DNA of 40,296 nucleotides, from the IMG/VR virus record IMGVR_UViG_3300037851_000175, positions 1 through 40,296 of that record, one strand, 5' to 3'. A model generated the notes under the pieces. It did no database searches. It was given only the letters and a program-made list of their open reading frames with translations, and had not been told where the DNA came from. Of this stretch, positions 26,990 to 35,926 are shown one piece after another. Positions within the stretch are counted from its first letter, which is position 1. Every line of letters begins with the position of its first letter. This stretch comes from a virus. Its lineage: Duplodnaviria; Caudoviricetes. Both the position numbers and the translations under genes were made by a program.

Positions 26990-27588
26990 AAGCCGACCTG
27001 ACGACGCTCCTCCATGCGACCGGGGACAACGACCTGGTCTGGTGGAGCGGCGATGAACTGTACGATGCGATCGACAGCGCGGCGCAATCGCTCGCCGAAA
27101 GCACGCAACTGCTCGGAGCGTCGTACCTCCAAGGACTCCAGGACCAGGTGGGAGCGTACATCGTCGGCCTGCGGCCGCTGGCGTGCCGCGCCGTGATTGC
27201 CGACGGCCGGGCGATCGTCGAGTCCCCCGTGGAGGATCTGGAGGCGCTCAACCCGAATTGGCGCGAATGGGAGGATACGGTCCCCGAGCGGTTCGCCCTC
27301 GACGCCGAACAGCGCGGAACGTTGCGCGTTGTCCCCAAGGCGTCATCGGCTTCGACCGGCAAGGTGCTGCAGACGCTCTACCGCCAGGCGCCCCCCGAGA
27401 TCAACTCCGGGGCCACGGCTCTCGACTATCCCGGCGCACTGAGCGAGTGCTTGCTCTGGTCGGCGCTGGCCGGGGTGCTGAGCAAGGAGGGCAAGGGCGC
27501 GCGGCCGGAGATGGTGCAGGCGTGCCAGGGGATGGCGGATCTGATGACCGCGGCGGCGAAGGAATACTATGGCGTTCGCAAAACATAA
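26965..27588 (+). CDS. Second tail adaptor/ring paralogue
   Basis: WWSGDELYDAIDSA; LEALNPNWRE...PERF; LRVVP; YPGALSECLLWSAL, parallel to the upstream gene. Confidence 0.72.
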   Translation: MAIDCSQVKADLTTLLHATGDNDLVWWSGDELYDAIDSAAQSLAESTQLLGASYLQGLQDQVGAYIVGLRPLACRAVIADGRAIVESPVEDLEALNPNWREWEDTVPERFALDAEQRGTLRVVPKASSASTGKVLQTLYRQAPPEINSGATALDYPGALSECLLWSALAGVLSKEGKGARPEMVQACQGMADLMTAAAKEYYGVRKT

Positions 27589-30500
27589 CCAGCGCATCCT
27601 GTCCGGCTCGCTGAACCTGCTGCCTCCGCCCGATAAAGTGGAGCAGCCAGACTCGGTCGTGCTCCAGAACTGGCGCGTGGACCAGGCCGGGTGCCTGCGA
27701 TCGCGCAAGGGTTCCACGGTCCTCAACGGCGCGCTGCCGGGTAAGGTCCACTCCCTGTTCCGCGTCGGCACCACGCGCTATGTCGGGACCAGTACGGCGA
27801 TCCGCACCGGTTCCGACGCCTCGACCTCCCTCGACACCGGATACGACGGTAACCCCGTTTCCTTCGCAGCGTTCCAGAACTGCGTGTGGATCATGAACCG
27901 CGGACGCCAACGGGTGACCGGCGGTCTCCTGCCGTCCGGCACGCACCCGTGGCCCATCGTCGCCCCGGCAACCGCTCCATCGGTGGCGGCGGGAGCCGAG
28001 CAGTCCGCGGCGCTGGTGGAGTTCGACAGTGCCGAATCGTGGGGCTGCGTGAAGTTTCTGGACAACACGGCGGAGGTCAATCCATCCGGCGCTCTGCTGT
28101 ACGACACATCGAACAAGATCAGCGGCACTCATTCGGCGCACGTCGTCGCCAACCCGGCGGCGAAGTGGCAGCTTCGGAAGGACTCGATCTCGCCGGCAAA
28201 GGATCTACGATTCTCCGGCGTGGCGCGCGATGATGACCAACTGCGGCTGTGGTTCTACAATTCGGACCCGTCGAAAATCACCAGCATTGTGGTCGTGCTG
28301 TTCTGCGGAGCCGAGCCCCGCGGCACGGTGACGGCGTGGATCGACCCGGCCATCCTCAAGCAGACCACCTACCAGTGGAACGAACTGCGCATCTCGCGCC
28401 GCATCGACCCCAACTCGGTGGTGACGAGCGACCCCGGGTACAAGGAGCTGCTGGTCCAGATCCAGCAGGCTCGCGAGCGCGGCGACTCCGCGCAGGAGCA
28501 AGCTCTCGAGGATCAGCGCGCGAACCTCTGGGACACGCTGGTCCGGCGCCGCCCGCTGTTCCAGGACTCCTATGTCGGCGGCACGGCGTTCGATTGGTCG
28601 AACGTCAACGGCATGGTGGTCGAGGTCGTCAACACGGAGCCAATCGACTGGCACTGCGACGTCGCCGCGATGCTCGGCGGGGACGCCGGGTCTCTGGAGG
28701 GCGAGTATCAGTACGCGGTCTCCTACGGCAACGAAGAAGGGCACGAGTCGATGCTCGGCCCCTACTCCGCCGCGATCACCGTGCAGAAGAAACAGGTCAG
28801 CGTCACGAGCATTCCGGTCAGCGCCGATCCCCAGGTGACGGTGAAGTACCTGTACCGCGTCGGCGGACCGCTCGACAGGCCGCTCCGCATCAAGGAACTG
28901 CTCAACGCCACCACGAGCGTCACCGACGACATCTCGAACGACCAGGCGCAGAACCTCAACCTGGCCGCGCAACTGGACGTGGATCCTCCGCCGGCCGCGC
29001 GTGGAATGCTCGGTCCTGTGCAAGGGCGGCTCGTCGCCTGGTCCTCGACGGCTCACAAGAACAGGTTATGGTACACGCCCGTCGCGCAGCCGTGGAAGTG
29101 GCCGGGTTCAACCGATGAGTTCGAAGGCTACTGGTTCGACGTGGGCCAGGACTTCGAAGAGATCCTCGCGGTGACCGAGTACGCGGGCATCCTTCGCGTC
29201 TACAAGGAAAAGACCATCCATCGCATCGTGGGCAACCTGGACGATGCCACACCCGTGCAGACGGCAGCCAAAACCGCTCCGGTCGGATCGCGCGCCGTGT
29301 GCGCCGCGGCTGGCGGCTCGGACTACTTCGTCGGCCCTCGCGGCGTCTATCGCTTCGATGGCCAGATCGAGCGCAAGGTCTCGTGGAAGATCAACCCCAT
29401 CTTCGAAGGGGATTGGGCGGACATCGGGGGGACGTATGTTCCCCCCGTGAATCGCGCGGCGCAAGCCGAAATCGTCTGCGAGTACAAGGCCGGACAGTTG
29501 TGGGTCTCCTACCCGGAGACCGGCCAGACGACGCCGACGGTCACGCTCATCTACGACGAGGAGGGCGACCGCTGGAGCTGCCACAAGCTGGGGAACGGCA
29601 TTCCGGGCCCGGCGTTTACCGCGCTCTACTACGAGGGATCTAACGGCGATTACCTGGCGGGCACGAACGGCGGAGCCCTCTACAAGCTCGAGGACTCGCT
29701 CAACGACGCCGGCGCCGCCATCCCGCTGGTGTGGCAGTCGGCGATGTTCGCGCCGTGGGGGCCCGATGCGTCCGCCGTCCTGGGAGACCTGGTCGTGGAC
29801 GCGCAGACCGGCGTGGGCGCGCAGACTCCGGCAACGCTGACCGTCAAACTGATCCTGGACGACGGCACGGTCGTGACTCTCGGCACGATCTCCACGGTGA
29901 CGCGGCCCGCGCAACCCACGGTCTACAAGCTCAACGGCGGGCTCGGCTACGAACTGAAGCGGTTCGCGGTCCGGCTGGAGTGCAACACGTCGAATGCGGA
30001 AGTGCTCGTGCATGGCGTTCACATCCACTGGTATCCGCTCGCGCGCACCGGACAGACCTTCGATACGGGTGTCATCGAACTCGCGCCTGGGCGCGTCGCG
30101 CAACTCAAGCAGATTGACCTCGACTGGAAGGAGTCGGCAACGGTTAGTGCGCTGGTCCATTCGGATCTGCCCGGAGACGTCGTCGCGCAACGTTACAGCG
30201 GATCGCTCGGTCACGTCGATGGGCGGCGCTCTGAATCGCTGGTCTATCCGGCTGTGATCGAGGGACGGCGGCATCGCATCGTCCTACACAACACGGGGAC
30301 CATGCAAATCTTCCGGGCGCGCGCGCTCATCCGGCGCATCGGCGAGTGGATGGACGGGGCCAATGGAGAGTACTGGTCCTCTGGCCCGTTCTCGCCCTAC
30401 GGCATCCACGTTTGTCACCTGGTGGAGGAGATCGAACTCGACCTCGACACCGATGCGGCCGCAACGCTATCCATCCTGAGCGAGATCCCCGGATCGAACC

Positions 30501-30763
30501 AGGCGTCGCGGCAGTCCTGGACTGTCAACACGGAGACGACGACGACCGGCCGGCGCCCGTGGAACGAGCGCACAGTTCCGATTCGCGGCCAGATTCTGGA
30601 GGTCCGGTTGGCTCCCTCCGGCGTCTGCCGGCTGTTCGGCGGACGGATCAAGCTCCGCGGCCTGGGCGGAGCCTACGACTGGCAGTGGGTGCCGCTGCCG
30701 GGCATCCGGCAAAGCGACCAGGCGTTTGATTGGGTGGAGTTGGCAGTGGACATCACCAGATGA
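27569..30763 (+). CDS. Tail nozzle / DNA stabilisation protein (P22 gp10 / T7 gp12-like role)
   Basis: 1064 aa after the adaptors; GSLNL...LQNWRVDQAGCLRSRKG N-terminus; propeller-like blades (RLWYTP, LRVYKEKTIHRI, GVYRFDG, LIYDEEGDRWS). Confidence 0.8.
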   Translation: MAFAKHNQRILSGSLNLLPPPDKVEQPDSVVLQNWRVDQAGCLRSRKGSTVLNGALPGKVHSLFRVGTTRYVGTSTAIRTGSDASTSLDTGYDGNPVSFAAFQNCVWIMNRGRQRVTGGLLPSGTHPWPIVAPATAPSVAAGAEQSAALVEFDSAESWGCVKFLDNTAEVNPSGALLYDTSNKISGTHSAHVVANPAAKWQLRKDSISPAKDLRFSGVARDDDQLRLWFYNSDPSKITSIVVVLFCGAEPRGTVTAWIDPAILKQTTYQWNELRISRRIDPNSVVTSDPGYKELLVQIQQARERGDSAQEQALEDQRANLWDTLVRRRPLFQDSYVGGTAFDWSNVNGMVVEVVNTEPIDWHCDVAAMLGGDAGSLEGEYQYAVSYGNEEGHESMLGPYSAAITVQKKQVSVTSIPVSADPQVTVKYLYRVGGPLDRPLRIKELLNATTSVTDDISNDQAQNLNLAAQLDVDPPPAARGMLGPVQGRLVAWSSTAHKNRLWYTPVAQPWKWPGSTDEFEGYWFDVGQDFEEILAVTEYAGILRVYKEKTIHRIVGNLDDATPVQTAAKTAPVGSRAVCAAAGGSDYFVGPRGVYRFDGQIERKVSWKINPIFEGDWADIGGTYVPPVNRAAQAEIVCEYKAGQLWVSYPETGQTTPTVTLIYDEEGDRWSCHKLGNGIPGPAFTALYYEGSNGDYLAGTNGGALYKLEDSLNDAGAAIPLVWQSAMFAPWGPDASAVLGDLVVDAQTGVGAQTPATLTVKLILDDGTVVTLGTISTVTRPAQPTVYKLNGGLGYELKRFAVRLECNTSNAEVLVHGVHIHWYPLARTGQTFDTGVIELAPGRVAQLKQIDLDWKESATVSALVHSDLPGDVVAQRYSGSLGHVDGRRSESLVYPAVIEGRRHRIVLHNTGTMQIFRARALIRRIGEWMDGANGEYWSSGPFSPYGIHVCHLVEEIELDLDTDAAATLSILSEIPGSNQASRQSWTVNTETTTTGRRPWNERTVPIRGQILEVRLAPSGVCRLFGGRIKLRGLGGAYDWQWVPLPGIRQSDQAFDWVELAVDITR

Positions 30764-33099
30764 TTACCTACGATCCCATCCCGCAGGACCTGACCGACCA
30801 GAACGAGCTGGTGCGGCTCATCAACGAGCGACTGGAGGATATGTCGCGCCGGCATCCGGTCATCTCGGGCGACGTCGATATGCGCGGCTACCGCATCCGC
30901 AACCTTGGCGAGCCCGTGGACTCGACGGATGCCAGCCCGCTGCATCGCGCAAGCCGGGTGATTCGGCGCACGGCGCCAGTGGAAGCGGGCAACACCACTG
31001 TCATTAACAACCCAGTGGCCCCGGGCGTCGAGCCGACGCAGTTGACCTCCGGGGACATCTCCCTGACGATCACCTACACCTCGGACGCAACGGGAGCCCA
31101 GTACGCGAAGATTGCGGTGACCTACACTCCCACCGGCGAGGCCGGCACGCTTGTACAAGTGTGGGGTTATCAAGCGGCGAGCCCGCCTAGCGATCCAAAG
31201 GACTTCAAGGACCCGATGACGTTTCCGATGGGCGGCGTGATCGAGTGGTATGTGGATCGGCCGAAGGCGGGGACGGTGTGGCAGTACGCGTTCACGGTGA
31301 GTTCCGGGACGTACTGGAAGATTCCCGATGCCAATACGCCGGTCAAGACGGCTACGATCACCGCGTGGGGCGTGGCTCCGCAAGTGACAGGCTTCAGTGT
31401 CACGGTGGATTACTCGGACCGCGGCGGCGTGCCGTCTGGCCGGTTCGTCTATGCATGGACGGTTCCGGCCTCGGCGGAGTACCGCTACTGCGCTGTCGAG
31501 CGGATCGCCTGTGATGCGACCTACACTCCTCTGGTGGGTGCGGTCTGGACGCGCGTGGCCGGCGATGTGGTCCCCAAGCAGAACGACTGGTGGCCGCAGC
31601 CGACGGCGCGCGAATACTGGCAGTTCCGGGCGCGGTCAGCGAATATCGCGGAGGAACTCAACAGCACGGCACCACCGACAGTGAATGTGACGGTGGACCC
31701 GTCCTCCGGCATCGCCTCGGGGGACTCGCCCGCGGATCCGATCACCCAGGCGGGATTCTCTGCCACGGTGGTCCAGTACGCAGCGAAGCCGAGCGGCGAG
31801 CAGTTGGCGTTGATCCGGGTGAGCTACTCTCCTCCGGGCAACGCTGACCTGGTTGGCATCTGGGTATACGAGGGCGGCGACCCAGGCTCCAACTACAACG
31901 CCTACCAAAACGTCACCTACTACAACAACGGCGCCACAGCCGAGTTCTGGTGGCCGCGGCCGGTGGTGGGCGCGACGCTCTATATCCGCATGACCAGCGA
32001 CAAGAAAACGTATTTCGCCAAGGTCGATGCGAACACCCCAGTAACGTCGGTAACGTTGAGCGCGTGGGGCGTGGCTCCGCAGGTCACGTTCATCAACGTC
32101 ACGGTGAGCTACCAGACGGCGGCGGGGCTGCCGCAGGGTCGCTTCACCTACTCGTGGGGCAAGCCGGTTCATCCTGAGTTCCGGCAGGCGTACATCGAAC
32201 GGATCGCGTGCGACGCGGCATTCAACCCGCTGGGCGGTGCCGACTGGCAACGCGTCGCCGGAGAGCAGAACTCAGGCACGACGAGCGACTGGTGGCCGCG
32301 TCCGGCGAACAACGAGTACTGGAAGTTCCGCGCGCGGAGCGTCAACGATGCTGGCGTCACCAACGACACGGCTCCACCGACACAGAACGTCACCGTTTTG
32401 GGCGGGGCGAAGTTGAATCTGGGCTCAGACTGGGTAGACCCGAACTCGCTCGGCGCTGGGCTCGGTTGGGATCCGGTGACCGAGAAACTGATTATCCCGG
32501 CGGGAGCCGTGGTCGATCAGATGATCGGATCGCTGGCAGCAAACAAGATCCTGGCGGGCACGATCACGGCGGCGGTGAGTATGACGTCTCCCTCGCTGTC
32601 GATCACGGGCGGGTTGTTCACGATGGCGATGAACAGTTCCGTCGGGTTGACCGTGAACGCCAACGGAGAGCAACTGGGGATCAACTCCAACTTCATGTAC
32701 GTCCAGGGCTCCGGCGGCGTGTACGCGCGCTATGGTTCCCAACTGTTCTACGTCCAGAACTCTAGCTACTTGACCAGGGGATACGTCGATGTGTTCGGCG
32801 CGTACCTGGAGGTGGATTCCCCGTACAGCAGCGGCATTGTGGTCCGCTCCACGTCCACGGGAGATTCCATTTTCGGTAACGGGACGGGGGCGTATTTATC
32901 CTTCACCGGCTCGGGCTCCTACCTCAACGCGGGCGAGCTCCGGCTCGGCGGGTCCGTCGTCATCGACTCCAGCCGCAACGTCCGGTGGTTTGGCGTCTAC
33001 AACGAAACCATTGCCCTCGGGGGCATCACCATCAATCAGTGGATCGCGGCGTACAACTCGTCGGGTTCCTACATTGGGAAGATTCCGATCATTCCGTAA
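30760..33099 (+). CDS. Tail fibre/central spike with duplicated Ig/FN3-like modules
   Basis: N-terminal coiled anchor, two copies of DANTPV..AWGVAPQVT...ERIACDA...DWWP...EYW.FRARS.N...TAPPT.NVTV, then IGSLAANKILAGTITA and a Gly/Ser beta-rich tip. Confidence 0.78.
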   Translation: MITYDPIPQDLTDQNELVRLINERLEDMSRRHPVISGDVDMRGYRIRNLGEPVDSTDASPLHRASRVIRRTAPVEAGNTTVINNPVAPGVEPTQLTSGDISLTITYTSDATGAQYAKIAVTYTPTGEAGTLVQVWGYQAASPPSDPKDFKDPMTFPMGGVIEWYVDRPKAGTVWQYAFTVSSGTYWKIPDANTPVKTATITAWGVAPQVTGFSVTVDYSDRGGVPSGRFVYAWTVPASAEYRYCAVERIACDATYTPLVGAVWTRVAGDVVPKQNDWWPQPTAREYWQFRARSANIAEELNSTAPPTVNVTVDPSSGIASGDSPADPITQAGFSATVVQYAAKPSGEQLALIRVSYSPPGNADLVGIWVYEGGDPGSNYNAYQNVTYYNNGATAEFWWPRPVVGATLYIRMTSDKKTYFAKVDANTPVTSVTLSAWGVAPQVTFINVTVSYQTAAGLPQGRFTYSWGKPVHPEFRQAYIERIACDAAFNPLGGADWQRVAGEQNSGTTSDWWPRPANNEYWKFRARSVNDAGVTNDTAPPTQNVTVLGGAKLNLGSDWVDPNSLGAGLGWDPVTEKLIIPAGAVVDQMIGSLAANKILAGTITAAVSMTSPSLSITGGLFTMAMNSSVGLTVNANGEQLGINSNFMYVQGSGGVYARYGSQLFYVQNSSYLTRGYVDVFGAYLEVDSPYSSGIVVRSTSTGDSIFGNGTGAYLSFTGSGSYLNAGELRLGGSVVIDSSRNVRWFGVYNETIALGGITINQWIAAYNSSGSYIGKIPIIP

Positions 33100-33110
33100 G
33101 AGAGGAAAGA

Positions 33111-33377
33111 ATGAAACTCACCATCGACATTCCCGACCATGTGGCGCAGGCCGTCGAGGCGTCGCTGCCGCATGACAAGGTGCCCACGCAGATCGACGCC
33201 GACACCGTGCAGATCGGTCCCCGGCACAAGACCCTCGACTCGTGGGCCGTGGCCAAACTGATCGAGGCGGCTCAACCGGCGCTCGCGGAGTTCGATCCCC
33301 TCGCCAAGCAGTTGCGTCAAGAGATTGAGGAGAAGAAACTCCTACTGGCGGAGCGCGCGAAAGGGGTGACCCGGTGA
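33111..33377 (+). CDS. Small protein after the tail fibre (possible chaperone)
   Basis: GAGGA RBS, MKLTIDIPD..., C-terminal coiled coil. Confidence 0.65.
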   Translation: MKLTIDIPDHVAQAVEASLPHDKVPTQIDADTVQIGPRHKTLDSWAVAKLIEAAQPALAEFDPLAKQLRQEIEEKKLLLAERAKGVTR

Positions 33378-33589
33378 GTCCGGTCGCCCTCCTTCCTCAC
33401 GAGATTGCGTTGATCCGGCGTCTGGACCGCCAGGCGCAGCAAGCCATCTCCGCGGCGTCTGGTGCCGTCGAAATGGCGCTCGCGGCCCGCGGCCTGACCG
33501 GGCAACCGTACCGGCTGAGCGAAGACGGCACGATGCTGTTGCCCGTCCAGCAGGGCATGGCGACCCCTCCGGCGCAGCCTCCGCAGTAA
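33374..33589 (+). CDS. Hypothetical small protein
   Basis: GTGA overlap, helical composition. Confidence 0.55.
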   Translation: MSPVALLPHEIALIRRLDRQAQQAISAASGAVEMALAARGLTGQPYRLSEDGTMLLPVQQGMATPPAQPPQ

Positions 33590-33620
33590 ACGCGGCGCGG
33601 AGCCGGGGCGACAAGAGTAT

Positions 33621-34151
33621 GTGAGCGAAGCCACTGCCGCCGCCGTCGCCTCTCCCGTGCGTGTCGAGAGCGAGTTCCCCGATTGGGCGCTGCCCCGGCT
33701 GTGGATGTGGATCGAAGCGGCGAGGGACCGGCTGTGCGATGACTTCAGCCCGCGCGAGTATGACGACTTCGCGCGCGACTGGGACGAGCGGCGGTTGATT
33801 GAGAAGCGATGGGCGGTGTACCGCGATGACGAGATCGGCGGACTGGTGACGATCACGGAGCAGGTGCCGGGCATCGGAACGTCTCACGTCGTGTTCAAGC
33901 GGTCGTTCTGGGGGCATGATACGACGCTGGAGGCGATGCGCCAGGTGTACGAGCAGGCGTTTTCGGATGGCCTGCACCGTGTCTGGTCGATGGTCTACAC
34001 GGATAACGCCTCCATGATCGCGCTGGCCAAGCGGCTCGGGTTCGAGCGCGAGGGCCGGGTGCGGCGCGCGGCGCTGCGGAATGGGGAGTGGGTGGATATG
34101 TTCGTCCTGGGATTGCTGAAGGAGGATTACGAGAAATGCCTTTCGCGGTAA
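33621..34151 (+). CDS. GNAT (RimJ/RimL-like) acetyltransferase-fold protein
   Basis: KRSFWGH...VYTDNASMIALAKRLGFEREGRVRRAALRNGEWVDMFVLGLLKEDY; sits just before the ejection genes. Confidence 0.87.
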   Translation: MSEATAAAVASPVRVESEFPDWALPRLWMWIEAARDRLCDDFSPREYDDFARDWDERRLIEKRWAVYRDDEIGGLVTITEQVPGIGTSHVVFKRSFWGHDTTLEAMRQVYEQAFSDGLHRVWSMVYTDNASMIALAKRLGFEREGRVRRAALRNGEWVDMFVLGLLKEDYEKCLSR

Positions 34152-34771
34152 TGCTGCCGATCATGGCGGGACTGGGTGCGGCCAGTGGTGCGCTCGGAAA
34201 CCGCAAGTCCGCGAGGACTTCGACCTCCAAGGAAACGGTGGACAAGACCACCACGGAGAAATCAAGCGGGAAGAAGCGCAAGTACATGACGCCGGAGCAG
34301 GCGGCGGCGATGTCGCAGGTTTCGGGTCTTTCGAGCGAGATGATGACCGACCCGGCCAAGTACCTGGAGCCGCAACGGCAGTACGCGCGCACGCAGGCCA
34401 ACGCGAATTTCTCCGGCGTCGATGACATCATCCGGCAGAAGTTCGGCACCGGCGGCGGAGCGAGGGACGGCAGGGCGGGAGCGGCCGGCCGCGCGGCGGA
34501 ACTGGCCCGGCTCGGGGCGCTCACCGGGGTGGATGCCGACTTCGCCAAGCTGATCTCCGAGGAACGGTTCAAGGGCGCGAATCTCGGCATGGGACTGCTC
34601 GGTCTCGACATGGGCAGCGACATCGAAGGCGAGAGCACGCAGCGCACGCAGGGCACTTCCGAAGGCGAGCAGGTGCGCGCGGGTGACCCGTGGAGCGGAG
34701 CGATGGGCGGCGGCTTGAGCGGCATCATGGGCGCGCTGGCAGGGAAAGAGATGGGCGTGTTCACGACATAG
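34136..34771 (+). CDS. DNA ejection/pilot protein 1 (P22 gp7-like)
   Basis: AAGGAGG RBS; Gly/Ala hydrophobic termini, Ser/Thr-rich segment after the N-terminus. Confidence 0.72.
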   Translation: MPFAVMLPIMAGLGAASGALGNRKSARTSTSKETVDKTTTEKSSGKKRKYMTPEQAAAMSQVSGLSSEMMTDPAKYLEPQRQYARTQANANFSGVDDIIRQKFGTGGGARDGRAGAAGRAAELARLGALTGVDADFAKLISEERFKGANLGMGLLGLDMGSDIEGESTQRTQGTSEGEQVRAGDPWSGAMGGGLSGIMGALAGKEMGVFTT

Positions 34772-34795
34772 AAGAAGCCGTAGGAGGCGATCACG

Positions 34796-35926
34796 ATGGG
34801 CGGCTACAGCAACCCCTTCACTGACGAAATGTGGCGCGGCCTGGCGGCGCTCGGTGAGGCGCGGAGATTTCGTCTCGGCGAAGAGGACCGGCAGCGGCGG
34901 CGCCAGGTCGAGGACGCGGAGTTCATCTCGCGCACCGCGACGACGGCCAAGCCGGTGGACAAGTACGGCATGGTCGAGGAGCGGCTGACTCCCCAGGCTG
35001 CGGACGCCCGGCTCCAGATGATCGCGCCGGAGTTGGCCTACCAGCGCCCGATGGATACCGACCGCACGGCGGTTTATCGCACGTCGGACGGACGCACGAT
35101 CGCGCGCGAGATGATGACGCCGGATGATCTGTTCGCTCGTGAGCGGCGGAACGCGGCCCTGCTCCTCGCGGACAAGGAGGTCGCGGAGATCCGCTTGCGC
35201 AAGGCAACCGAGGACATCAAGACGAAGGCCGAGCTGGTCAAGCGCGAGAAGGAGTTGGAACTTGTCCAGAAGGGGTGGGTGTCCACGGAGATCGACGGCA
35301 AGAAGGTGCTGATCAGCCCTGAAGTATTTCAGCGGGAGGCGGCCTCTAAGCGCCAAGCGAAGCCAAAGCCCCGGTTTGGCGTGGAGACTGACCCCCAGGG
35401 CAACGTCAGCGGAACCATGGTGGAAGTGGGGGAGGACGGGAATCCAGTACTGAGGGTGACTCCCAAAGTGAAGGGCATTGGGAAACCGATGCGCCAGGCA
35501 ACCACGGCCAGTCAAGGCCTACTCCTGCAGGTCGCGGAGGCAGACAAGAACAAAGCCTGGAAGGGGGCACTGAGTGCTTACAAGATGGACTTGGCAAGCC
35601 TAAAGGACCCGGCCTTAGCGGAGGAGAAACTCGCCGCAACCCTGGAGAACATCCAGTCAACGTTTGAAAAAAAGATTCTAGAGATCACCGGAGAGCCGGT
35701 GGAGCCGTTCGACGTGCGCGGGGCGCTGGAGCAGCAGAAGTCCGGCCAGGCCGCGACCCCGGCCCAGGCGTCTCCCGCACCGAAGCAGACCGCGGCGAAG
35801 CCCGCCGCGTCGGCTGGAAAGGTCGTGTCCTATTCCGAGTTGGCCACCGTCGCCAACCGGGTGTACGGCGGCGACATGGAGAAGGCGAAGGCGGCGGCGA
35901 AAGCAGAAGGCTACGAGGTGCGCTGA
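34796..35926 (+). CDS. DNA ejection protein 2 (P22 gp20-like position)
   Basis: TAGGAGG RBS; charged helical protein ending KAAAKAEGYEVR; synteny. Confidence 0.68.
   Translation: MGGYSNPFTDEMWRGLAALGEARRFRLGEEDRQRRRQVEDAEFISRTATTAKPVDKYGMVEERLTPQAADARLQMIAPELAYQRPMDTDRTAVYRTSDGRTIAREMMTPDDLFARERRNAALLLADKEVAEIRLRKATEDIKTKAELVKREKELELVQKGWVSTEIDGKKVLISPEVFQREAASKRQAKPKPRFGVETDPQGNVSGTMVEVGEDGNPVLRVTPKVKGIGKPMRQATTASQGLLLQVAEADKNKAWKGALSAYKMDLASLKDPALAEEKLAATLENIQSTFEKKILEITGEPVEPFDVRGALEQQKSGQAATPAQASPAPKQTAAKPAASAGKVVSYSELATVANRVYGGDMEKAKAAAKAEGYEVR

Noticed and set aside
30760-33099. DGR target or invertible tail-fibre cassette
   Set aside because: The internal duplication is diverged at all base types, and no reverse transcriptase, invertase or inverted repeats were seen
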